Notes under the pieces: model-generated | Told to the model about the DNA's origin: nothing | What the model saw: only the letters and a program-made list of their open reading frames with translations | Databases searched by the model: none | Program-made: the position numbers and the translations under genes | NCBI GenBank assembly: GCA_030141605.1 | Contig: JAQGDQ010000195.1 | Coordinates: 62,001-126,000 of the forward strand | Direction of reading: 5' to 3' | Length of the DNA stretch: 64,000 bases | From: Tubiluchus corallicola | Taxonomy: Eukaryota > Animalia > Priapulida | In this document: in pieces, positions 1 to 11,328 of the stretch | Layout: each line of letters opens with the position of its first letter | How positions within the stretch are numbered: position 1 is the first letter of the stretch

Positions 1-111
1 GCGAACATATTAAATTAAAATTCAATCTATACGATATATAGATATAAGTCACCTTACACTATACGATCAAGATAAACGGAGAACATCAGGTACTAAAAAG
101 GGAAGGTGATA
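1..111 (+). mobile_element. 3' end of an LTR (same family as solo LTR 4040-5373), truncated by the window edge
   Basis: 1-111 aligns with only a few substitutions to about 5263-5373. Both end in AAAAAGGGAAGGTGATA and the similarity stops there. Confidence 0.85.
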
Positions 112-649
112 GAATTAAGGAGAAGAAAAATCAATGCGGATGGTAGGAACTCGACCCATAATTAGCAAAAATACTACCAGGTGTAGCGCTCACCCACCAA
201 TGGTGCCCAAAGGTGAACAAGAGACATACTTTGCCTTATACTGAAGGCAAAAGGTCTTGAGCATTTACGCCGGAAGTATGTGAAGAGCCCGTGCGGAGAA
301 CGGAAAGTGTTGTTCGGAAATTAAAGGAGTAGAGCGTGCGATTTCGATGCATAGTGGCCAAACACAAATATTTTAGGAAAATGATTGTAACTCGCACTGT
401 ACGCTCGCGAATTAGTGTAGTTTAGAACTCTTGACATGTCCGGGCTACTATTAGACCGTGGACTAAATTCGCATAAGCACAATGAAATTAAGGACAGTTG
501 TAAGTAAATAAATACTTGCTGTTTGGGAAAAGGAGGTTAGGGCCACTATAAGGGGAGGAAAGTACCCTAACATCAGGAACCGGATAAAAGCTACAGTGTA
601 AGTCCAGATTTCTGCAAGACTGTGATATTTTGGCCTTGTTTTTCAGAAC

Positions 650-1195
650 ATGGATACCAATATTGTGCTGTGGATCATAGGAAGTCTCACGTCGGCACTT
701 TGCCAGGCCAATGTAGTGACCAATCCCGGAGCTTTATTCTTACGACGAGGTGAAGTCCAAGTGTCTCAATCTCGATGGGCCCTGCTGATGCAGTTGAATA
801 TCAGTCGAGCTTTGCTTGGAAACCTTGAAACAGGAGATGATTAATCCGAGGCAACATTCCTGGGACCCTGCAGCCCGTGTCGACAAACCCCACACTACGA
901 TGTACCAAGAGGATAGGTTCTTGGAAGCCATCACGGTGTTACTAAACACCACGGCTTCAACATATCTGGCTCAGATACAAGCGCTGGAGTGGAAGACTAA
1001 TGACATTAGCACACCTCCTGGCCTCTAAGAGAGCAGGAATTCGTCAACAATCCTCAGCCCAAGGTGAGCCGAAACCGCAAAGCCTACTCCCTTTCCTAGG
1101 GAAAATTTCTAAAGTCCTAGCCGGTACGGCTACTGAGGAAGATATAGAAGCACTAGCAGGGAAACTCAACCTGATACAGATTGAAGGAATACGTG
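650..1195 (+). pseudogene. env: Frameshifted, 3'-truncated envelope (baculovirus F-like / errantivirus-type env) gene of an LTR retroelement
   Basis: A splice acceptor (TTGTTTTTCAG, AG at 645-646) lies 3 nt before ATG650. The hydrophobic signal peptide MDTNIVLWIIGSLTSALCQA is followed by NPGALFLRRGEVQVSQSRWALLMQLNIS. After frameshifts comes SLLPFLGKISKVLAGTATEEDIEAL (from 1081), matching the F-type fusion-peptide pattern GxxxKxLxGTxxxxD. Three overlapping track ORFs (650, 816, 1000) join into one frame. Confidence 0.75.
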
Positions 1196-1235
1196 AGTGC
1201 TTACTCATAAAGACGCTGTCCCCTGCACGAATCTA

Positions 1236-2699
1236 TACATAAAATTATTCACATTGAGACGACTTATTGCAGAAGGATTTATAACACAACGCATATTTCA
1301 TGGTTCAAGGTTGTGCGGGAAGATATCATTGCCCTATCGACCCAACCGAAGCTCCCGTAGTCAGGTGGTTAATTAATTGCAATTAATTGCCTCAAAGCGA
1401 GTATACTTTATATAGTTATAGAAGGGTTACAGTAACATCCCTGGAGTGAGTTTCACAAGGATATGACCCTTTTTCATGGATAGGATTCAATGTAGGAGAG
1501 AAAAGCATAGGAGCCATTGGCAAGCCTGTGGCTTCCTCTAGAATGGAGATGCAAGGGCTCAGTACAAACTGACAACCATTCATTGGTACAAGGTATCCGG
1601 ATTGTAGAAAAGGAATTATTTACCAGCCTTCTGATAAAATCGGCTGCTCAATTTGTGGCCGGCAGCTACAATTCAGAGCGCTGGTATGAGTGGAAATTCA
1701 CTGTATTACACGGGAAGTCGATTATAGATGGGGTAAGTTGATACTTTTCTTAATATTTTCTACTAGAACACAAATGATTAACTTTTCGAGAATCAAAGGA
1801 ATCTGTTTATCGTTGCACTTTTCATTATTTAAGATTGGAATTAGGTTTAAATATCTAACAGCCAAATATTATGTAGGGAATGGGCTGTTTGTAAAATTAT
1901 GCAAAATGTTTTGCAGGAGGAAATTATACTCGTACAAGTCTTTTCTATTATGGCATTGCCGGGCGTGGTTCGCCTTCTAGAAAGAATATCACCCGGGAAT
2001 ATATTTCTACTAAATCTAGATCATTATCATGTTGGGTGCCGTTCCTGCCAGATGGGGGAGTTATTTGGTATGTCAGAAGTATTACGAAGAGCGAATACTG
2101 CATGGCAAGAAATAAGCGAGTTACGCTGGTTAGGAATGCAGCAAGATAGAAGATAGAAGACAGAAAATTTATTGCATTATAATGTAAATACCGAATATAA
2201 TGAATACAGGATATATGTATATAATAAAGTTTGAATTCTGATAACTACATGTTAGAGTCTTTAATGACGGGATTAAATTTATCATATACGCATCACGGAT
2301 ACCTGACGTGCAGTTAGGAAGTAACTGATCACGTGAAGAATGGAACTGAAGCCTGTGAAGAATGGAACTGAAGCCTGTGAAGAATGGAACTGAAGCCTGT
2401 GAAGAATGGAACTGAAGCCTGTGAAGAATGGAACTGAAGCCTGTTCAAGATCCTGATTAAGCCTAATTTCGCCAGAGTTATTATGATCGGTCTGATCTAA
2501 AGTTTGTAAGCTGATTTCCGCTATAATTTCCACATTTTTAATGCCTTTGCATCTTTCCAAAGAGCATTTTTGATCTATCAAAGCGACATAGAGAGTCATA
2601 AAGTCCAACTACATCCTGCTTTGGTAGTTAAGTCAGTGGTGCAGAAGACTCAGACTCACCCAGTCATATTTCTAAATGCATATAATGTATTTAAATACA
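1236..2699 (-). mobile_element. Possible LTR-like insertion in opposite orientation that truncates env
   Basis: The minus strand begins TGTATTTAAATACA at 2699, has AATAAA near 2170, and lacks a credible ORF. The left boundary and TSD are not established. Confidence 0.3.
2333..2442. repeat. 22-bp tandem repeat x5 (GTGAAGAATGGAACTGAAGCCT)
   Basis: Five perfect head-to-tail copies with no spacers. Confidence 0.95.
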
Positions 2700-2727
2700 T
2701 CTCTTATTATTAATACAAAGTTTGTAT

Positions 2728-2753
2728 GTATATTATATATATATATATATATG

Positions 2754-2807
<54 letters not shown>

Positions 2808-2811
2808 ATAT
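2728..2811. repeat. (TA)n microsatellite
   Basis: Direct reading. Confidence 0.9.
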
Positions 2812-3648
2812 AAAACGTCCATACATACCATATATAATATATGTATATATATTTGTATTACTAAAAAATGATGAAAACAATGCCTACACTGTGATCAATT
2901 AATAGCTAAGCATTCGATTAATATCTGTCAGAGCATCTTACACAAACAAAACTGACCTTAAGGTACCTAGGTCCAAACAGATTTCAGCAACACAGAACAA
3001 AATAAAGTAACAAGCTGGTATCAAACAAACAAATGACATCATCGTCATAGCAGCAAACGGAGAAATATCAGAAAGGCTAAAATTTTGGCCATTTGTTTCA
3101 TAAATGTTTTATTTGAGGTGATTTGTATTCAAAGTACTTTGCCGAAAAGTTCTCTTTTCTTCCTTAACTTAACATATTTACTGCCATGTTTAAGATGTCA
3201 GTGTTTTGAAATTTGTCCCAAACATGTGGTTAATATTCCCTTTTTTAAGTGAAAACCGTGAAAGGTATATTTTGCAGTACGAGGCCCATTTCATAGTACC
3301 AACTTTACAGATTTTTGAAATGTACAAGTGATTTTGTCAATCTAAATTATATTTTGTGGTAAATATCCTCATTACATGATTCCCCCAGCACACTTTACCG
3401 TCTATTTTCATTCTTCATTGTCTACTTGATTGTAAACTATGATGTGTTAAATACAGCTCTTATGTTTTATGTTTCTTACAAAAAGTAAACCACATTGAAA
3501 TCACAGGTTGAGCCAAAATTTCGTATTTTTAATGATGCGTTGGAGCAAATATTTGTTACACTCTGATTGTTATTACCCTATATTTTTCGTTTATAGACAC
3601 CTGCTCACCAAATTCTTGCTTGAATGGCAGTATGTGTTCTCCTGCTCT

Positions 3649-6337
3649 TGTCATGAATAAATTTATGAATCGATAATTTGGTGATAAATTAATGGAATTA
3701 TCAGCTGAATTAGATTCAGTTGATAAATCGGATACCTCCCTGATTTGATAAGATAAATTTATTGATTGATATAGGAACTCATCCAGCTGATGAGCACGGA
3801 TTTAATGCGATGCAAATTATTCCACAGGTGTTTTTTTACCATTTGCTGAAGGTAAACAGGTGTCTGTTAAGTGAGGATATAATTGTTCTTTATAGCCTCA
3901 TGCTGAGTTGCACTTAATTAACAAAAAAGTAGGCAATAGGCAAATGTCTTTGGAAGAGGATTTTATGGCCACCGTAAAAGCTTGTACCGGCGCTCGAAGA
4001 CATAAAGTGAAGAAGTTCTGAAGAATCGTCGACGACTAGTGTGGTGAATAAATTTATAAATCGATGATTTTCAATGTTTTGGCATTAAATCTCTTGCCTC
4101 CCTGATTTTATAAATAAACTTACTAATTGATCAAAGAACTCACTCAGCTGGTACGCTCGCATTTAATGACCTGTGAAAGCGTAAGAAAGATCCGTGAGAA
4201 GAAGTAAGATTTATCGTTTACTTTAAGGACACCAGGATGCTAGGAGTAATTAGCTAATATTAGGTTTAGACGGATGTGTCATTTATTATAGCTATATGCA
4301 CAAGTTACTCGTAATTAACGGAAATTCTGCGAGGTCACTGTTTTTCGATGAAAAGAGGACTAATAGTCTTTACGGGTTATGGCGACATCAAGGATGGGAA
4401 GTTCTAAAGAAACTCACCGATATAAAGAAATTCGATGTCCTCCCTGCTGACCATAAATCTAGCGATTGCGTGCGACGTAGAAATTACGCGAGGTTACTTC
4501 GTTAAGATATAAGCTCTGAGTTTTAGTAACTCAGCGCTCTTTCAATCCTACCACAGTGGAAGAGACACGTGAGTGTGCGACACGAGTCACACAGAGGGCA
4601 ACCTGACACAGGAGATTGGGACAGCTTTGGAAAAGTTCAGCGTAGACACTTTCTGCATTCCTAGGATAATCTAGGCACTGGAGAACGAGAGTCTCATATC
4701 AACTACTGGAGTTGACCAAGTGTACGGGGTACATTGTGGTCAATCCGCAGTGTTAAGTAATCTTAACACATTTGTAAACTGAGAGTAACTGTGCATAACT
4801 GTAGTTCGCATAAGTTCACATTGTATCATATGATAAATGTAAAGAACACCTTAGGTGATAGAGTTGAGGAATTGTCAAGTGAGATACTTTTGGGAGCTAT
4901 ACACTAGTTGTATGCGTCAAAAGCGCATAAGAACAAATTTTGTAAGCTACCTAGAAGAAGTAACTATTGTAAAATCAATAAAGTTAATTCGCTTTGACAT
5001 TTAACGATTGAGTTAATGTATGATATCAGAGTGTTCAAGTCAAGCAACACTATTTCCGTAATACGAATCTGATTGGTTCGCTTTAAATTAACTAACGCTC
5101 GAATTGCGGGAGCGGTGCTCGATAGCTTGAGGGAAGTAGACCTTCACTCACAACGCAAAGGTCAAGGTGAAGTCTTGATAGACACGATCATTGCTTGATA
5201 GACTAATATCTAAAGCCCTCGGAGCCAGGTGAAGAATTCGCCTTGTAGCAATTAGATAATAAGCGAACATATTAAATTAAAATTCAATCTATGCGAGATA
5301 TAGATATAAGTCACCTTGCACTATACGATCAAGATAAACGGAAAACATTAGGTACTAAAAAGGGAAGGTGATACTAGGATCTTTCACATGGAGCGAAGGA
5401 ATTCGAAGGCCACCTTGTTGGTCGTAAATTGCGTGGCAGGAGATACCAGGGTAATCCAGGGATGTCACCTGTCACCTGATTGCGTTTGGCGCGAATTTTG
5501 CAAGGTCAGGCTCTTTGGGATATAAGCTCTGAGTTTGGGAACACGAGGAGTTAGTCAGGAGCGAGTCAGGAGCCAGACAAGAGGGAGAGAGACGGCACGA
5601 AGACACAGAGGATCTGACAAGGAACTGAGACCATATCGTTTGACACCAGCGTGGAAAGTTCTGCGTCCTCAGCAATCGACTGGGCACTGGATCAACGAAA
5701 GTCTCATAGTACCATTGGAGTTGACCAAGTGTAGGAGGTGCATTGTGGTCATTCCACTGAGTTAAGTAATCTTAATGCATTTGTAACTGAGAGTAACTCT
5801 GCATAACTGTGGTTCACATTGTATTAAGCACCTAAAGTGCATCATACGGAATAATTGTTAAGTGAATTGCTTGAATATCTTTCTGGAGCTATACATTAGT
5901 TGTAAACGCCTACAAGCGTGTAAGGACAAATCTTGTGCAGCTACCTAGATAGAAGTAAATTCTGTAAGCGAATAAAGTTGATTCACTTTGACACGTAACT
6001 AATGAGTTCATGTATGCTTTAGAGTTTTCAAAGTTAAGCAACAATAAATCCGAGATACAATCCTGTAGATTCGCATTGCATTAATTAAATAAAGCTCAAT
6101 TGCGGGAGCAACGCTCGATAGCTTGAGGGAAGAAGACCTTACTCACAAAGCGAGGTCGAAGTGTCAGTCTTGAGGGACAAAATTATTGCCTGATAGACTC
6201 ATCTAAAGCCCTCGGAGCCGGGTGATAAATTCACCTTGTAGCGATCAATAAGTAAAAAGCGAATCGATTAAATTAATATACAATCTATACAGATATAAAT
6301 CACTTAAATACTATACGATCAGAAAATAAAAGTGATA
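3649..6337 (+). mobile_element. Solo LTR X (about 1.35 kb net), interrupted by solo LTR Y
   Basis: Starts TGTCATGAATAAATT and ends AGTGATA. It is flanked by the 4-bp TSD CTCT (3645-3648 and 6338-6341). It has a TATA-like GGATATAAGC near 5518 and AATAAA near 5971, and is colinear with LTR Z once 4040-5377 is removed. Confidence 0.85.
4040..5373 (+). mobile_element. Solo LTR Y nested in LTR X
   Basis: Starts TGTGGTGAATAAATT and ends GGTGATA, with the 4-bp TSD CTAG (4036-4039 and 5374-5377). It has GATATAAGC near 4506 and AATAAA near 4977. It shares blocks GTTAAGTAATCTTAA, TTGACCAAGTGTA, TTGCGGGAGC and CTATACGATC with X and Z. Confidence 0.88.
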
Positions 6338-6373
6338 CTCTTAATTCATTCTCTTGCTTGTGTGCATCAGGAT

Positions 6374-7884
6374 TGTTATGAATAAATTTGGGAATCGTTA
6401 ATTTAGTAATTAATTAATGGAATTATCAACTTCATTAGATTCGGTTGATAAGACGGATACCTCCTTGATTTGATTAGATAAATTTATTGGTGGATTATGG
6501 TAACTCACTTAGCTGGTGAAGGCACGAGATTTAATGCGAAGCAAATTATTTTCACAGGTGTGTTTTGCGTTTACTAGAGGTAGAACAGGTGTTCAGTTAG
6601 AGAAGCGAAACTTGTTTTTATAACTTTATGTAAGTTAGATAAAAGCTCAATGTAACGTTATGCGGAGTTACCTGTAATTATTAAGAAATAGCGAGGAGTG
6701 GGACTTTTGTGGAAGAAAGGTTTATGAGCCACGCTAAGCCGAGGGATCTTTGAGAGCAAGGAGCTATGAAGGACAAACCCAGCGAGTAGCGGACTTCTCA
6801 CGCAAGAAGCAATGTTATCGAACCACCTGGATGGTCATAAACCTAAAGCCAAGGATGTCACCTCTAACCTATTGCACCATATTGCGGCTTTAGCGCGAAA
6901 TTACGCAAAGCGCAGTTTGGGGATATAAGCCCGTGTCTTGGGAAACATGTGGTTAGTTGTGAGTTAGTCGATTGCGAGTGAAGAGCCACGTTCCGGGAGA
7001 GAGGGAGCCAGAGAGAGAGGCTACTGGAATTATGACAGGAGCATAGACGACTTTAGGACCAGCGTAGACCACCGTTCTGCGTACTCAGCGAATCTGAGCA
7101 CTGGATCTGCAAATTAGTCTTGCATCAGAATTGGATTTGACCAAGTGTACAGCCGTCACATTGGTCATTGCACCGAGTTAAGTAATCTTAACATTTTATA
7201 ACTTGAGAGTAACTCCGCATAGCAGAAATTCACAGTGTAGTAAACACCTTAAGTGTAACATTCCGATTGATCGTAATTGCATACTTCACATTGTAACTAG
7301 CACCTTAAGTGCGACGTAAGAAATTAGTTAAGTGAATATATTGTGTGTCTCTTGGAGCTAAAGCATTATTTGTGAGCGCCGACCAGCGACTAAGAACAAA
7401 TCTTGTATTACCATCTAGCTAAGAGTAATTGTTGTAAAACAATAAAAGTATTCACCTTAACCTAAAGGATTAGTTCATGTATGCTTATAGGTTTTACAGT
7501 TGAGCAACATTAAATTTGATAACGAACCTGAGGATTCGCAGTGTACTGATCATTAATTAAATTCATAAAGTTCAATTGCGGGAGCTAAGCTAGTAAGCTT
7601 TAGAGATAAAGACTTTAATCACAACGCGAAGTCATAGAATCAGTCTAGAGGGACAAGATCATCGCCCTATAGACTAATCTTAAGCTCTAGGAGCCAGGTT
7701 ATAAATAGCCTTGTAGCGATTAATGAGATAAGAAGCGAATCAACCTTTAATCAATTTGTATTATATAAGTCACGTGCATGCTATACGATCACAAGATATA
7801 ATAATTAACAAGCAATATCTGATACATTAGATCATTATCGGAGAGATTATAAGATTTAAGAGATCTGATTTATAGACAATAATA
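6374..7884 (+). mobile_element. Solo LTR Z
   Basis: Starts TGTTATGAATAAATT and ends ATAATA, with the 4-bp TSD GGAT (6370-6373 and 7885-7888). It has GGATATAAGC near 6921, AATAAA at 7441 and the same conserved blocks as X and Y. Confidence 0.8.
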
Positions 7885-8029
7885 GGATTCTTTGGCAGCA
7901 CGTGTGAAGAAGGTATGGTTCGACAAGTGAATCTTAATTATTTTTTCTGATTATTATTATTGTTGTTCTCTTTGTCGTCGTCGTCGTCGTCATCATCATC
8001 ATCATCACCATCACTACCATTATTATTAT

Positions 8030-9150
8030 TACAAAGGCGTCATTTGACATGCCAAACTACAACTTTAATTCATATTACTATAATGAGTCGTTAAGTTGGA
8101 AATAATCAAAAGAAGGGGCTGGCGGTACAGATGTCTGAATCGAGCATAGTTCTCACCATAGTGGAAAAGAAGAATACCAGATCAAAAATTGAGGTAATTC
8201 GTGAAATAGAGACCGGTACATATCACAACTACAGCTTCAAACCGCCCCACCTCTAGAATCGTGTTCCCTTGTACAAGCGATCGACTTACAACTACCTACC
8301 CAACCACACACATGTCGCTGTCGAGAAGATGAGAATAATCAGGAAGGTGACACGGTGTGTACTCTCAGCCAGGAACTCTGAAGGTAGGAGTTATCGTTTC
8401 TTTTGCTCAGCGTAGACCTGCGTCGTTTCATTGAACCAACCTCTGAAGCTCAGAACAGCTCGTATTAGGAACAGGACTGCGTCAATTATAGGGACTTGTA
8501 AAGTTATAGCGACAGTTAAGTGATTTTATATATTATCTACCTGGTTGATAAATAATCCTGTACTTAATTATTGAAAACTGTACATTGTTATTTGTGAACA
8601 ATACTGTAAACAAACATTGTAAACTATTTGTGAACTTACTGAAGTTGTATCAATACACTGTAGTTGCGAACTTCCGTTGGTTGATTATAATCTCAATTTG
8701 TGAATCTATTTGAATTGTTATTGTCAAAACTAGCTATGCGGAGATTTTAAACGTTATTTCTGTGAACCCCCACAACAGTTTGCAGTAGAGAAGTAACACC
8801 AAAGTAGATAACTGTAGAGAATTTACTATAAATTCTCTTACAAAACTTGCTACTAAATAGCGGGGCAGTCAATTACCTTCACAGAGAGAGAGCTAACCTG
8901 TTTTTCTCGCAATAGAGGGAGCCACCGTTGCGATCTTTCTGCAGTTTCGAAATAGGGGCACGATACTCATTGCGGAGCCAATTTAGTAAACTAAAGAGAT
9001 AAAGATTTACTTCACAATGTGTATTTCGTGGTTTAAGGTCGTCCTAGTATTTGTCATGGCCAGTCCAACCCAGCCGAAACTGCCATGGTCGGGAAGTTCA
9101 TTTGTCAATTAATTGCCTAATTAGCAGGTTGTACTACCATTGTAAACAGT
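8030..9150 (+). mobile_element. LTR-like sequence of a different family (boundaries uncertain)
   Basis: Non-coding, with a more GC-rich 5' half followed by a TGTAAAC/TTGTGAAC-rich segment similar in layout to the neighbouring LTRs. No termini or TSD were resolved. Confidence 0.3.
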
Positions 9151-9179
9151 TGCCATCTAGTACATTAGTATTACTGCTT

Positions 9180-9790
9180 CACAGTCTAAAGAACATGAAA
9201 AATTTCAAGAAAGGGTGTACAAAATAGCATTACAAAATATTTTTAAACCGTATCAAAATTCACTTGTTGATTTAAAATTGGAATTACTGGAAAAATGGCG
9301 AACTAAATCGTGTTTAAAATTTGGAAGATAAATTAAAAAATTCTACACATAGCAAATTAGTTCTACCAATAAGAGAACGCGCAGGTCTAAAATCGACTAG
9401 AAATGAATAAAAATATATTGAAGAAAAATGTAGACCTGATAGATATTATATGTTGTCTTTACAATATTTAATTAGATAACTGAATTGCAAAGATCACAGA
9501 AATCAAATGAAACGTTTTGGAACGTTTAGCTAAATTTCTTAAGGGTTAACGTGCATATCTCGTGTTTTGTTCTTGGTATGTTCCCACCAGTGTCTAAGAA
9601 TCATTTTATCTGTATTCGGTAAAGGATAGCAGACTAGGTGACTTTATAGTCTTTTCGCTATCCTTTCTCTAGTCCTAAATCTATCTATTCATTTTAACCA
9701 TTCTTCAAAACTTATAAGACATTCTTTTATTAAACATGATTTATTGTAGTATTACAAAGAGATAAATAAATCAAAATTGAACTGAATTGG
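9180..9790 (+). mobile_element. Highly decayed non-LTR retrotransposon 3' end
   Basis: A possible degenerate C-terminal CCHC-like segment near 9565-9620, and a tail of AATAAATAAATCAAAATTGAACTGAATTG. Confidence 0.3.
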
Positions 9791-10139
9791 TATGTGATTG
9801 TTTTATTGTAAATATTCATTTTTATATTATTAAAGATGAACTATTAAGATTGATTCGCAAATTATAATTTAAATAACTTTTTTGCTATTTGTGTAAACAA
9901 AGTAAGTCAGTTTTGTAATTTGTTTGGTTTTAATAAATTTACTTACTTAAGTCACAGGGCAAAATATGCTACGGACGTAAACAACGAACGTATAAAATCG
10001 CGTTTTTCTAAACCTCACGGTTTACAATGACATCTAAACCTACATTATTATAATCAGATAACGCACTAGAGGTATTTTTTCTAATATTGATTTAACTACT
10101 TTTTTATTGTATTAAATTTTACCAAAGTTCAGAACAACG

Positions 10140-10429
10140 CAGTGGGGTAGCTAACAGGAGAGCAACCGCTCCCCGGAGTACATTTTCAAAAAACTGTCGC
10201 CTTCTCCACTCTTTTTAAAATCTCTAGTTCACTTGTGCGATGACATTGGCATAATTTTTTGGAGTTATTACTTTATCTATGTACTTCGTTTAAAACTGTA
10301 TCTTATTCGTGCTTTGCTTTTTGAACACAAAATTAAAATGTATAATCAATACGTTGGAAATAGTTTGGTATGTGTCACGGCGCCTTTTTTATGTACTCGC
10401 CCCCTACTTCTAACCTGGCTACGCCCCTG
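10140..10429. mobile_element. hAT-type MITE
   Basis: TIRs are CAGTGGGGTAGCTA and TGGCTACGCCCCTG. The 8-bp TSD is GAACAACG / GAACTACG (7/8 match). Confidence 0.75.
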
Positions 10430-11022
10430 GAACTACGACATAATTATCGATACAAGTGCCATCGCCATCGTGGTAATAACTACTTGAATTAAATCACAGC
10501 TATAGCCAATATTAAAACTAAACAATGTATACGACTATACTCACGAGCTATCCTTATTTCAATCTTGGAACATCAAGACTGCCATGAAACGTCAAGACAA
10601 AACTTGCAGTACACCCATTTACAATATGCAGTAACGCAAATCCTCACCTTTAATGAACTAAAGCGAACAACCCACACTTTATACACTGTTGCATCAAAGC
10701 TGTCTTCTGTTGCAAGACGCATGACACATGAACCGAAGCACGAGGTCACGGACTAATGGCTAGATGACCTGATCAAGACAAACGCGAACGGACCTGTACC
10801 TGTTACACTAAATTGAATTTCGGGTACAGCGTTGAATCACAAACTTGAAACTCGTACAAATTTTTCACAGAAGACAGTAGTATCATCGATGGAGAAATAA
10901 AAATTAAGCTTAGCTATTTGTTGCATTTTAAATATTGTATAACTGAACAGCAAAAACGGAGTGGTCCTGATTAATAGTCACTATTAGTTTTGAGCGTACA
11001 TGAAAGAAAAAAGCTGCAACAT

Positions 11023-11257
11023 TCTCGTCTCTCTTCTCCCCCTCTCTTTCTCTCTCGCACTCCCTGTCTCTCTCTCTTTCACTCTCTCTTTTTCTCTCTT
11101 TTTCACTCTCTCTCTCTTTTTCCCCCTTTCTCTTTCTCTCTCCCTCTTTTTCTCCATCTCTCTTTTCTCTCTATATTTTACTCACCTCTTCTCTCCCTTT
11201 TTTCTTTCTCTCTCATATTCCCTTTCCCCTTTCTCTCTCTGTTTCTCTTCCTCCCCG

Positions 11258-11314
<57 letters not shown>

Positions 11315-11328
11315 TTCTCGCTCTCTCA
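11023..11328. repeat. Degenerate (CT)n / polypyrimidine tract
   Basis: Direct reading. Explains the SL- and RE-rich ORFs. Confidence 0.95.

Noticed and set aside
2333-2442. CRISPR-like appearance of short direct repeats (also 40208-40787, 48738-49790 and 63560-64000)
   Set aside because: The repeats are head-to-tail without unique spacers, there are no cas genes, and the context is eukaryotic.
1-5373. A single full-length provirus bounded by LTRs at 1-111 and 4040-5373
   Set aside because: The second LTR has its own CTAG TSD inside LTR X, so it is an independent solo insertion. No PBS follows position 111 and no gag-pol ORF lies between them.
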